This document shows, piece by piece, positions 19,185 through 28,064 of a stretch of DNA of 64,000 nt. The notes under the pieces are model-generated. The model saw nothing but the letters and a program-made list of their open reading frames with translations, did no database searches and was not told the DNA's origin. Source of the DNA: an uncultured Candidatus Saccharibacteria bacterium (GTDB lineage: Bacteria; Patescibacteriota; Minisyncoccia; UBA6257; 1-14-0-10-40-38). Positions within the stretch are counted from its first letter, which is position 1; each line of letters begins with the position of its first letter. Both the position numbers and the translations under genes were made by a program. The stretch covers positions 232,977 to 296,976 of the forward strand of contig CAZIWN010000001.1 of NCBI GenBank assembly GCA_964543265.1, written 5' to 3'.

Positions 19185-19628
19185 TTATTTCTTTCCGTCA
19201 GCCTTCTTAGTCTCCTCTAAAGATCTATAAACAGAGCCCAAAACACCATTAATAAATTTTCCGGCATTCGGTCCAGCAAAATTCTTAGCAATCTCTATTG
19301 CCTCGTTAATAGCAACCTTTTCTGGCACTTCTTTTTTATCTTCAAAAACTAATTCATAAACACCAATTCTTAAGGCGTTTCTATCAACTAAAGAAATCTG
19401 CTCTAAAGGCCATTCACTAGCAGCTTTTCTAATAATATTATCTATCTCATTAAGATGAGTAACTATGCCGTTGATTAATCTCCAAGCAAAATCTGGCTCA
19501 TCAACACCATCGGCAAATTCTTTTAAATTTCTATCTAATATTTTTACCAAGTCTTCTCTGCGATCATAAAAATCCCACTCATAGAGAGATTGGAGAACCA
19601 CAGAGCGAATCAATTGGCGAGTTGCCAT
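19185..19628 (-). CDS. nusB: transcription antitermination factor NusB
   Basis: 147-aa all-helical NusB-like protein in its conserved neighbourhood. Confidence 0.8.
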   Translation of the reverse strand: MATRQLIRSVVLQSLYEWDFYDRREDLVKILDRNLKEFADGVDEPDFAWRLINGIVTHLNEIDNIIRKAASEWPLEQISLVDRNALRIGVYELVFEDKKEVPEKVAINEAIEIAKNFAGPNAGKFINGVLGSVYRSLEETKKADGKK

Positions 19629-19707
19629 ATATTTATATTTTAAAGAACAAAATTTAAAAAAACAATTAAGCTAATTAAGACAACTTAAACTTAAATCAAA
19701 AAACGAC

Positions 19708-19872
19708 TTAAGCCTTGGATCCGTAATTTCCGCACTGAGCGCAAGCCCTATGAGAAAAAACTGGTCCCTTGCATTTTTCGCAAACTAAAATATTGGTCTT
19801 CTTAAGAGCCAAATGAGATCTTCTTCTTCCAACTTTCGATTTTGAATGATGTTTTACTGGTACACCTCCCAT
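19708..19872 (-). CDS. rpmF: 50S ribosomal protein L32 (not in the ORF track; 54 aa)
   Basis: Hand translation gives MGGVPVKHHSKSKVGRRRSHLALKKTNILVCEKCKGPVFSHRACAQCGNYGSKA. This is the L32 basic N-terminus plus C4 zinc ribbon. Confidence 0.8.
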   Translation of the reverse strand: MGGVPVKHHSKSKVGRRRSHLALKKTNILVCEKCKGPVFSHRACAQCGNYGSKA

Positions 19873-19975
19873 ATTTTTTAATTTTTAAAATTTTATAAAC
19901 AAATTAAGCGATTTACAAAGAATAACTCAACTTTTTCAAAAAGTCCAGCCTATTTACAACAATCACTCACAACCA

Positions 19976-20004
19976 TTGACAATCTAATATTTTTCTGCTA
20001 GCAT
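19976..20004 (+). promoter_or_regulatory. sigma70-like promoter TTGACA-N17-TAGCAT for the GC-rich ORF
   Basis: TTGACA at 19976-19981 and TAGCAT at 19999-20004. SD aaggggaaaaga lies before the ATG at 20057. Confidence 0.45.
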
Positions 20005-20056
20005 ATAGCACAGTACCAGTTAAGAAGGGGAAAACCAAAGGCATAAGGGGAAAAGA

Positions 20057-20491
20057 ATGGACAGCGCAACCGCACCTCTTTCGACGACCCGTTTCGATCG
20101 GACCGGCTTCCAGTTCGACGTGAATTCCGAGATGCAAGAAAGCGTCTTCGACCTCGTCGAAGGCGCCCTGAATCGTGACGGCGAAGTGCGGGCAGAAGGA
20201 ATGCCCGACGAGATCGCCACGATCTCGGAAGCGCACATCTTCGCGGGCGAAGAAGGTCGAGTTCCGGCCACGCTCGAAGAAGCGATGAGCTTCGTCGAGC
20301 GCAACACGACAATCGCAGGTCACTGCGTGGTCGTAGCAACCGGAACCCAGACCTTCCACGGCGGAGAGTTTTTCGTCTTCGCGATTCGCAAGCACGAACG
20401 CGCAGACAAGACCGGCTTCGTCGTGACGACGATCCCGCTCACGAGCACGTGGGCGCGCCACTACAAGGTGGCGCACCTCTCAGCCACCTGA
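20057..20491 (+). CDS. hypothetical acidic 144-aa protein in a GC-rich (~60% GC) islet
   Basis: Only this frame and strand has a promoter, SD and downstream terminator. The three overlapping minus-strand ORFs are high-GC artefacts. Confidence 0.5.
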   Translation: MDSATAPLSTTRFDRTGFQFDVNSEMQESVFDLVEGALNRDGEVRAEGMPDEIATISEAHIFAGEEGRVPATLEEAMSFVERNTTIAGHCVVVATGTQTFHGGEFFVFAIRKHERADKTGFVVTTIPLTSTWARHYKVAHLSAT

Positions 20492-20504
20492 CCTGACCCC
20501 CCAA

Positions 20505-20566
20505 GCCCCGACACTAGAGCCTCTCGCGCACCGCGCGGAGCTCTAGCTGTCGGGGCTTCTTTTTTT
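20505..20566 (+). terminator. long GC-rich compound hairpin plus T-run after the GC-islet ORF
   Basis: gccccgacactagagcctctcgcgcaccgcgcggagctctagctgtcggggc then ttcttttttt. Confidence 0.7.
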
Positions 20567-20655
20567 ACAAAAAAACTTTGTATTTTTCCACTGACTAAAA
20601 TAGAATAAGAGTATTAATCTTAGAAAAATACCAAAATATTAATATTTTTAACAAA

Positions 20656-20718
20656 GACAAGGCGTTTTTGCGAAGCTGTATCAAGCAATGCGGATACAGC
20701 GAGTAAAAAGAACGCAGT
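20656..20718 (+). repeat. intergenic structured repeat, copy 4 (short subfamily), immediately upstream of dnaE
   Basis: gacAAGGCGTTTTTGCGAAGCTGTATCAAGCAATGCGGATACAGCGAGTAAAAAGAACGCAGTA. Its internal ATG is in frame with dnaE and creates a spurious N-terminal extension in the ORF track. Confidence 0.75.
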
Positions 20719-20747
20719 ATTTGTTAGTAAAGATTAATATTAAACCA

Positions 20748-23700
20748 ATGAAGTTTACTCATTTACACGTTCACTCTCATTATTCGCTACTAGATGGCCT
20801 TCCAAAAATCCCCGACCTCGTAAAAAGAGTTAAGGAATTAGGAATGGATTCCGTCGCTTTAACCGATCACGGTAATCTTTATGGCGCAATAGAATTTTAT
20901 AAAGAGGCAAAAAAACAAGGCATTAAACCAATTTTAGGAGTTGAAGCTTACATTTCTCCAAAAGGGATGGAAGACAAAGATAGTAATGATGAAAAATATT
21001 TTCATCTAACTCTTTTAGTAAAAGATAATAAGGGTTGGCAAAATTTAATTAAACTCGTAACCGAAGCTCATCTTAAGGGTTTTTACTATAAACCAAGGAT
21101 GGATAAAGAACTTTTGAGAAAATATTCCGAAGGACTTATTGCCCTATCTGGTTGTATTACGGGAGAAGTTTCTAGAAATATCTTATCCGGAAACTACGAA
21201 AAAGCTGTAGCGATGGCAAAAGAATATGAATCAATTTTTGGAAAGGGTAATTATTATTTAGAAGTTGGTAATCATCCAGGATTTAAAGACACGGTCAAAG
21301 CCAAGGAAGGGTTAATAAAAATTTCTAAGGAAACAGGAATTCCCCTAGTCGCCACTCAAGATCTTCACTACTTAAGAAAAGAAGATTCAGAATATCACGA
21401 CATCTTACTAGCCGTTCAAACCGGAAATAAATTAACCGATCCAGGTCGTCTTACATTAAAAGACGATGATTTTTCTATGACTAGCCCCGAAGAAATGGCT
21501 GAACGTTTTAAAGATATCCCAGAAGCCGTTTCAAATGCTTATGAAATATCTCAAATGTGCAACGTTGAGATTGAGCTTGGAAAAATAAAACTTCCAAAAT
21601 TTCAAGTTCCAACAGGAGAATCTGGAAATGAGTATTTGAGAAAATTAATTAATGAAAGACTTTCTGGAAAATACGAACAAAAAACTGAAGAAGTTTCTAA
21701 AAGAATAGAGATGGAATTGGGTGTTATAGAAAAAATGGGATTTGCTGATTATTTCTTAATCGTTCAGGACTTTATTAATTGGGCCAAAGATCATGGCATA
21801 GTTGTTGGCCCCGGAAGAGGATCTGCCGCAGGCAGCATCGTCTCTTACATACTAGGTATAACAGATATAGATCCAATTAAATACGATCTTCTTTTCGAAA
21901 GATTTTTAAACCCAGACAGAATTCAAATGCCTGATATAGACGTAGACATCACCGACATCCGTCGCGATGAAGTCTTGGGATATCTTCGAGAAAAATATGG
22001 AGAAGATAAGGTTGCTAACATTATCACTTTCGGAACCATGGCTGCTCGTGCCTCTATTAGAGATGTTGGCAGAACCATGGATCTTTCTTATTCATTTTGT
22101 GACCAAATCGCAAAAATGATTCCGGCAAATTTAGATTTAAAAGAAGCTCTAGAGCAAGTTGATGATTTAAATAAAATCTATAAGGCAGATAAAAATGCCA
22201 AAAAATTAATCGATGTTGCTCTTCATTTAGAAGGAGTTGCTCGACACGCCTCCGTTCACGCCTGCGGAACGGTTATTTCCAATGAAACACTTACCAACTA
22301 TCTCCCCCTTCAAAAAGCCCCACAAGATCCAAACATCACAATTACACAATTTGAAATGCATACCGTTGAAGATCTCGGTCTTCTAAAAATGGATCTTTTG
22401 GGTTTAAAAAATCTAACCATCATTGAAAACACAATTAATCTGGTTGAAGAAAGATTTGGCACTAAAATAAATATTTCTAAAATTCCAATAGATGACAAAA
22501 AAGCCTTTGCCCTTCTTCAAGCTGGAATCACTTGCGGCATTTTCCAATTTGAATCCGCTGGAATGACTCGCTACCTTAAAGAACTTAAACCAAGCGAAAT
22601 AGAAGATTTAATCGCTATGGTGGCCCTATATCGCCCAGGACCAATGGAACTTATTCCAGATTACATTGCCAGAAAACATAAAAAGAAACAGGTCGTCTAT
22701 CTCCATCCAAAACTAGAATCTGTTCTTAAAAATACCTATGGAATTATGATCTACCAAGAACAGCTCATGATGGGCGCTCGTGTTTTGGCTGGCTTCACGC
22801 TTGCCGAAGCAGACGTCTTAAGAAAAGCTGTCGGTAAAAAAATTAAAGAGCTTCTCCAAAAACAAAAAGATAAGCTTATTGATGGCTGTCAAAAAAATGG
22901 AGTCCCTAAAGATGTGGCAGAAAAATTCTGGGCACTAGTTGAGCCTTTCGATAGATACGGATTCAACAGAAGCCACGCCGCTGCTTACGCCATGATCGCC
23001 TATCGCACAGCCTACCTTAAAGCCAACTACCCAATTGAGTTTATGAACTCTTTGTTAAATTCTGATGCCGGAGACACTGAACGCGCCGCTTATTTGATTC
23101 AAGAGTGCAAAAAAATGAATCTTGAAGTTTTGCCACCAGACATCAATAAAAGCTCTGCTAACTTTTTTCCAGAATCAGAAAAAACAATCCGTTTTGGATT
23201 AACTGCGATTAAAAACGTTGGAGCTAATATCATAGAAGCCATAATTAATGAAAGAAGAAAGGGCGGAGAATTTAAAAACCTTTCAGACCTCATTTCTCGC
23301 GTTAAGCATAAAGATTTAAATAAAAAATCCCTAGAATCTCTGGTTAAATGTGGAGCCCTAGATTCTTTAGGTACAGAAAGAAACCAAATAATTTTAAATA
23401 TAGAAGAAATATTAAAATTTATCAGCAACATTAGAAAGTCTGAATCAGAAAATCAGATGGGTCTTTTTGGTGCCCCCAAAGCATCTAGTAATGCAATTAA
23501 ATTAAAGGAAGTTCCACCAGCCACAACAGCTGAAAAACTATTATGGGAAAAAGAATTATTGGGTCTTTATGTCACCGACCACCCATTAAGCTATCTAAAA
23601 CCAAAAATAGACTTAATGAAGGCTAGGCCAATTAATGAATGTATTACTAATGGAAATGAATCCGGGTATTTCAGAATTGCAGGACTTCTTTCCGGAATTA

Positions 23701-23909
23701 AAAAAATCACCACCAAGAGTGGCAAGCCAATGCTTTTCGCAAAACTAGAAGATTTTACTAGCTCTCTAGAATTAGTTGTTTTCCCAACTATGCTAGAAAA
23801 AAAGCCATTAGTCTGGAAAGAAAATGCAGTCTTGGCAGTTGTGGGTAAAATGGATTTTGCCAGAGGCGAACCGAAGATCATCTGCGAAGACGCCACAGAA
23901 ATTGTTTAA
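20748..23909 (+). CDS. dnaE: DNA polymerase III alpha subunit
   Basis: PHP domain start MKFTHLHVHSHYSLLDG. Pol III alpha core and OB-fold C-terminus. True start taken at the second Met (20748). Confidence 0.9.
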   Translation: MKFTHLHVHSHYSLLDGLPKIPDLVKRVKELGMDSVALTDHGNLYGAIEFYKEAKKQGIKPILGVEAYISPKGMEDKDSNDEKYFHLTLLVKDNKGWQNLIKLVTEAHLKGFYYKPRMDKELLRKYSEGLIALSGCITGEVSRNILSGNYEKAVAMAKEYESIFGKGNYYLEVGNHPGFKDTVKAKEGLIKISKETGIPLVATQDLHYLRKEDSEYHDILLAVQTGNKLTDPGRLTLKDDDFSMTSPEEMAERFKDIPEAVSNAYEISQMCNVEIELGKIKLPKFQVPTGESGNEYLRKLINERLSGKYEQKTEEVSKRIEMELGVIEKMGFADYFLIVQDFINWAKDHGIVVGPGRGSAAGSIVSYILGITDIDPIKYDLLFERFLNPDRIQMPDIDVDITDIRRDEVLGYLREKYGEDKVANIITFGTMAARASIRDVGRTMDLSYSFCDQIAKMIPANLDLKEALEQVDDLNKIYKADKNAKKLIDVALHLEGVARHASVHACGTVISNETLTNYLPLQKAPQDPNITITQFEMHTVEDLGLLKMDLLGLKNLTIIENTINLVEERFGTKINISKIPIDDKKAFALLQAGITCGIFQFESAGMTRYLKELKPSEIEDLIAMVALYRPGPMELIPDYIARKHKKKQVVYLHPKLESVLKNTYGIMIYQEQLMMGARVLAGFTLAEADVLRKAVGKKIKELLQKQKDKLIDGCQKNGVPKDVAEKFWALVEPFDRYGFNRSHAAAYAMIAYRTAYLKANYPIEFMNSLLNSDAGDTERAAYLIQECKKMNLEVLPPDINKSSANFFPESEKTIRFGLTAIKNVGANIIEAIINERRKGGEFKNLSDLISRVKHKDLNKKSLESLVKCGALDSLGTERNQIILNIEEILKFISNIRKSESENQMGLFGAPKASSNAIKLKEVPPATTAEKLLWEKELLGLYVTDHPLSYLKPKIDLMKARPINECITNGNESGYFRIAGLLSGIKKITTKSGKPMLFAKLEDFTSSLELVVFPTMLEKKPLVWKENAVLAVVGKMDFARGEPKIICEDATEIV

Positions 23910-23917
23910 AAATTAAA

Positions 23918-23958
23918 AACTGGCGGAAGCATCTTGCGTCATTCCGCCAGTTTTTTTC
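23918..23958 (+). terminator. intrinsic terminator after dnaE
   Basis: ctggcggaagcatcttgcgtcattccgccag then ttttttt. Confidence 0.7.
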
Positions 23959-23971
23959 TCCAACCTCATTA

Positions 23972-24172
23972 TTATTCAATAGAGGGCTCAGCAACAGTAG
24001 CACGGTCAAGAGCTCGTCTCACCCTTCTTCGAACATCATTTGCAATTTCATCTTCCCTGTTTCGACAGGGATGACAGTTAATAACGTGACTAAGTAAAGA
24101 ATAAAGACCAGATCTCAAATCAGCGCTCGCGCGATGCCACAGTTGATCACACTCTGAATCTGAAGGACTCAA
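23972..24172 (-). CDS. hypothetical 66-aa ORF in a mildly GC-elevated spacer (weak)
   Basis: ORF only. No homology recognised. Confidence 0.2.
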   Translation of the reverse strand: MSPSDSECDQLWHRASADLRSGLYSLLSHVINCHPCRNREDEIANDVRRRVRRALDRATVAEPSIE

Positions 24173-24289
24173 GACTCGCCTCCTTCACAATGAAGCCTAG
24201 AGAATATAAAAATATTAATTCCCAAACCAGCACCATGTCAATAATTGAATAAAATTCACTTTAAATATAGAATTTATAAAACGAAAAAT

Positions 24290-26035
24290 ATGGAAAAATC
24301 ACAAAAAATAGAAGGAATTCGACACTCTCTAGCTCATTTATTAGCCGCTTCTGTCTTAAAAAAATATAAGACCGCCAAGCTCGGCATCGGCCCAGCAATT
24401 GAAAATGGTTTTTATTATGATATCCAATTTAAAAATCCGATCACCGAAACCGATCTGGCAGAATTTGAAAAAGAAATTAAAAACTTAATTTCTCAAAAAT
24501 TAGAATTTAAAGGAGAAAAAATAACCCCCCTCAAAGCCAAAAAGCTTTTTGCTGGCCAGAAATTTAAACTCGACCTAATAAAAGAATTCGCCAAAGACAA
24601 AAAAGATTTAACCATCTACAAAACCGGAGAAGTCTTCACCGATCTCTGCAAAGGCGGACACATTAAGAATACTTCCGAAATTAATCCAGAAGCTTTTAAA
24701 CTAACCCACACAGCCGGAGCTTATTGGAGAGGAGATGAAAAAAATCCCCAACTTACCAGAATTTATGGATTAGCTTTCGAAAACAAAGAAGAATTAGAAA
24801 ATTATATTAAGCAACTAGAAGAAGCAAAGAAGAGAGATCATAAAGTTTTAGGACCTCAATTAGATCTTTTCACTTTTTCCGAGCTTGTTGGTCCTGGTCT
24901 TCCTCTTTGGACTCCAAAAGGAACTATTCTTAGAGACGAATTAGATAATTTCATCTGGCAATTAAGAAAAGAACGCGGTTATGAAAGAGTTGATATTCCC
25001 CATATCACGAAAATAACGCTTTATGAAAAAAGTGGTCATTGGGATAAATACAAAGATGATCTCTTTAAAATTAAAACTCGCGAAGATCACATGTATGCTA
25101 TGAAGCCCATGAACTGCCCGCACCATGCGCAGATTTATGCCCGCAAACAATGGAGCTACAGAGATCTCCCTCAAAGATATTCTTCTACTACAAAAGTTTA
25201 TAGAGACGAACAGTCTGGTGAGCTTGCCGGCCTTTCAAGGGTTCTTTCTATAACTCAAGATGATGCTCACGTTTTTTGCAGAAGCTCTCAAGTTAAAAAA
25301 GAAATGAGTAGCGTCTGGGATATTATAGAAACTTTCTATGGAACTTTTGGATTTAAACTAACTCCAAGACTTTCTCTTAGAGATCCAAAAAACAAAGAGA
25401 AATATTTAGGAACTCCAAAGATGTGGGAAGAAACCGAAAATGAATTAAGAGTATTAGTTAAAGAAAAAGGATCGAGTGCCGAAGAAGCTTTAGGAGAAGC
25501 CGCGTTTTATGGTCCTAAAATAGACTTTATGGCTAAAGATTCGTTGGGCAGAAGCTGGCAGGTTGCCACAATTCAACTAGACGTTAATCAACCAGAAAGA
25601 TTTAATCTTTCCTGTATCAATGAAGACGGCAAAGAAGAAAGAATCGCCATGATCCACGCCGCCATTATGGGTTCTATTGAGAGATTTTTATCAGTTTTAA
25701 TCGAACACTATGCTGGAGCCTTCCCTCTTTGGCTCTCCCCTGTTCAGGTTAGAATTTTGCCAGTTGGTGAAAAATTTTTAAATTACGCCAACGAAATAAA
25801 ATCAGAGTTAATTAAAAATAATATCCGCGTAGATTTGCCAGAGCCAAATGAAACACTCGGCAAAAGAATTCGTGCTGGAGAAATGGAAAAAATCCCAATG
25901 CTTTTAATCATCGGCGAAAAAGAAGTTACAGCCAAAAATGTAACCATGCGCCGTTACTCCGATAAATCGCAAAAAGAAATGACTATTAGCGAACTAGTTA
26001 GTACCATCCAAAAAGAAGTTAAAGAAAAGAAATAA
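24290..26035 (+). CDS. thrS: threonyl-tRNA synthetase lacking the N-terminal TGS domain
   Basis: Editing-domain motif RHSLAHLLA. Class II catalytic core. C-terminal anticodon-binding domain. ATG at 24290 preferred over the TTG at 24245. Confidence 0.85.
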   Translation: MEKSQKIEGIRHSLAHLLAASVLKKYKTAKLGIGPAIENGFYYDIQFKNPITETDLAEFEKEIKNLISQKLEFKGEKITPLKAKKLFAGQKFKLDLIKEFAKDKKDLTIYKTGEVFTDLCKGGHIKNTSEINPEAFKLTHTAGAYWRGDEKNPQLTRIYGLAFENKEELENYIKQLEEAKKRDHKVLGPQLDLFTFSELVGPGLPLWTPKGTILRDELDNFIWQLRKERGYERVDIPHITKITLYEKSGHWDKYKDDLFKIKTREDHMYAMKPMNCPHHAQIYARKQWSYRDLPQRYSSTTKVYRDEQSGELAGLSRVLSITQDDAHVFCRSSQVKKEMSSVWDIIETFYGTFGFKLTPRLSLRDPKNKEKYLGTPKMWEETENELRVLVKEKGSSAEEALGEAAFYGPKIDFMAKDSLGRSWQVATIQLDVNQPERFNLSCINEDGKEERIAMIHAAIMGSIERFLSVLIEHYAGAFPLWLSPVQVRILPVGEKFLNYANEIKSELIKNNIRVDLPEPNETLGKRIRAGEMEKIPMLLIIGEKEVTAKNVTMRRYSDKSQKEMTISELVSTIQKEVKEKK

Positions 26036-26068
26036 GATCATAAAATTTAAAACGGCCATCTAGCCGTT

Positions 26069-27526
26069 TTAAATTTTTAACAACTCTTCTCTAAAAATCT
26101 TCTGCAATATCCCCGGATTCCCCTTTCCTTTTAAAGCACCCATCGCACGCCCAACCAAAAACTGCAAAGCATTTTCTTTTCCTTTTTTGAAGTCTTCTAT
26201 AGCTCTCGGGTTTTCTGCTAATATTTTATGCGCCAAAAGCTTTAATTCGTTTTCATCAGAAACCTGTTCCAATCCTAGCGAGCTTAAAAGATTATGTGGA
26301 TCTTCTCCCGTTTCAAACATTTTTTTCAAAATATCTTTAGCCGATCTCGAAGAAACTTTATTATGAGAAATCATTTCTATCAGATCAGAAAAGTTTTCTG
26401 GATTTATTTTAATATCGCCGAATCCGAATTTCGAAGCCGACATCAAACCCATTAAATCAGATGTTAAATAGTTATAAATCAGCTGAATTTCTTTTTTAGT
26501 ATTAATATCGTCCTCTGCTTCAATTTCAGACACAGATTCTTCAAAAAAACTCGCCAATGCCAAATCTTGGATCAGAATATTCGCCTGCTCTTCATTTAAA
26601 CCATATTCCTTTTGGAATCTCAATCTTTTAATACCTGGTAATTCTGGAATACTAGCCTTAATTTCTTTTAAACTTATTTTAGATAAATCGAGTGGCGGAA
26701 TATCTGGATCTGGAAAATATCTATAATCATGGGCAGATTCTTTTGATCTTTGCGAAAAAGTCGTTCCAGTATTTGCATCCCATCCACGAGTCTCCTGAAC
26801 AACCTTACCCCCCGATTCTAAAACTCCCTCTTGTCTTTTAAGTTCATATTCAATCGCACCCCTAACAGATGAAAAAGAAGCAATGTTTTTTACCTCAACC
26901 TTTGTTCCAAATTTAAATTCGCCATTTACAATCGTCCCTAAACTCACGTTAGCCTCAACCCTCATTAAACCACGCTCCATATCCGCATCAGATGCCCCCA
27001 AGTATTTCAAAGTTAATTGTAGCTCTTTTGCAAATTCCGATGCCTGTTCGGCACTTTTAATATCTGGTTCGGTTACCAATTCCATTAAAGGCACTCCGGC
27101 TCTATTATAGTCAACAAAAGACACCTCATTGCCATTCTTATCCTTCCCGTGCTCCAAGCTAGCCGTATCCTCTTCTAAATGAATTCTAGTGAGTTTTACA
27201 CCCCTTAAAACCCCTCCAAATACTAAAGGAAGGTCGTACTGTGATATCTGATAAGCCTTGGGTATATCTGGATAAAAATAATTTTTCCTATCAAATTTTG
27301 AAAATTGAGGAATATCTCCCTGAAGCGCCATTCCTATTTTTAAAACCAATTCCACCGCTTTTTTATTTACCACCGGCAAAGTCCCTGGGTGAGCTAAACA
27401 AATTGGACAAGTATTTTTATTCGGCTCAATATTAAAAGTCTCATTAAGACACGAGCAAAACATTTTCGTTTTTGTTTTTAATTCAGCGTGTATTTCAAGA
27501 CCGATGGTTGGAATGTATTTAGACAT
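26069..27526 (-). CDS. gatB: Asp/Glu-tRNA(Asn/Gln) amidotransferase subunit B
   Basis: MSKYIPTIGLEIHAELKTKTKMFCSC. C-terminal GatB/YqeY domain. Start trimmed to MSKYIP. Confidence 0.9.
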   Translation of the reverse strand: MSKYIPTIGLEIHAELKTKTKMFCSCLNETFNIEPNKNTCPICLAHPGTLPVVNKKAVELVLKIGMALQGDIPQFSKFDRKNYFYPDIPKAYQISQYDLPLVFGGVLRGVKLTRIHLEEDTASLEHGKDKNGNEVSFVDYNRAGVPLMELVTEPDIKSAEQASEFAKELQLTLKYLGASDADMERGLMRVEANVSLGTIVNGEFKFGTKVEVKNIASFSSVRGAIEYELKRQEGVLESGGKVVQETRGWDANTGTTFSQRSKESAHDYRYFPDPDIPPLDLSKISLKEIKASIPELPGIKRLRFQKEYGLNEEQANILIQDLALASFFEESVSEIEAEDDINTKKEIQLIYNYLTSDLMGLMSASKFGFGDIKINPENFSDLIEMISHNKVSSRSAKDILKKMFETGEDPHNLLSSLGLEQVSDENELKLLAHKILAENPRAIEDFKKGKENALQFLVGRAMGALKGKGNPGILQKIFREELLKI

Positions 27527-27628
27527 AAAATCGTTATGTAGAAGTATAGAAAAAAAACAAACCCTAAACAAGTAAAATAAAAAACAAACCCGGTCGCCTG
27601 ATTTCTCAAGCTACCGGGTTTTAGATCA

Positions 27629-27654
27629 GATCAGCGGATTCTCACCCGCTGATC
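27629..27654. repeat. GC-rich stem-loop with 9-bp perfect stem (gatcagcgg ... ccgctgatc)
   Basis: Read directly. Sits at the left edge of the GC-rich islet. Confidence 0.7.
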
Positions 27655-27924
27655 ACGGACAGATGCATGCATCTGTCCGCCACCGAAAGAAGACCTGCCC
27701 TGACGAATCGTCGTCGTCCGATCGGGACGAACAGAGCACCTGAGACACCGACCAGCCACGAGCCGTCGGCTACAGGCCGGACAGTTGTCCCCTCGAGGGT
27801 TCACGAACGCCACCGGCGTCAGAAACGCCTCGAACGGCACCCGCCTCTCTGGACGCTTCTTCTCGTCGCACGGAATCGCCCCGCCACCAGCAAGCGACGC
27901 CGCAAGCATTCCCACAAGCATCAT
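27631..27924 (-). CDS. small (97 aa) protein with hydrophobic N-terminus and CxxC..CxxC zinc-ribbon, in a ~62% GC islet
   Basis: Strong SD GGGAGGAG 8 nt before the ATG. CPACS...CLRC pair. The opposite-strand ORFs are considered artefacts. Confidence 0.4.
   Translation of the reverse strand: MMLVGMLAASLAGGGAIPCDEKKRPERRVPFEAFLTPVAFVNPRGDNCPACSRRLVAGRCLRCSVRPDRTTTIRQGRSSFGGGQMHASVRDQRVRIR
27657..27678. repeat. 22-bp perfect palindrome ggacagatgcatgcatctgtcc
   Basis: Read directly. Centre is TGCATGCA. Confidence 0.8.
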
Positions 27925-28064
27925 CTGCCTTCTCCTCCCGTTAAAGAAAAGTGCTAAAAAACATTATAAAACTTTTAAAGATATAAATCAAAATTAAATT
28001 TGCCTTAGAAAAAATATAGGCATACCATTATTTCAGCACCACAAAACCAAAAAAGGAGAATGTT

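Noticed and set aside
19967-20476. Three overlapping minus-strand ORFs (19967..20476, 19998..20339, 20020..20307) in the GC-rich block
   Set aside because: High GC suppresses stop codons in all frames. The sequences are Arg/Ala/Pro-rich low-complexity. Only the plus-strand ORF has a promoter, SD and terminator.
20688-20747. Upstream Met start for dnaE (MRIQRVKRTQYLLVKINIKP)
   Set aside because: The sequence is element copy 4 read in frame. The conserved DnaE PHP start MKFTHLHVHS begins at 20748.
27667-27997. Plus-strand ORFs 27667..27957 and 27785..27997 in the second GC-rich block
   Set aside because: They overlap the minus-strand ORF, which has a strong SD and a Zn-ribbon motif. Their composition (Arg/Pro/Ser-rich) is typical of spurious high-GC frames.
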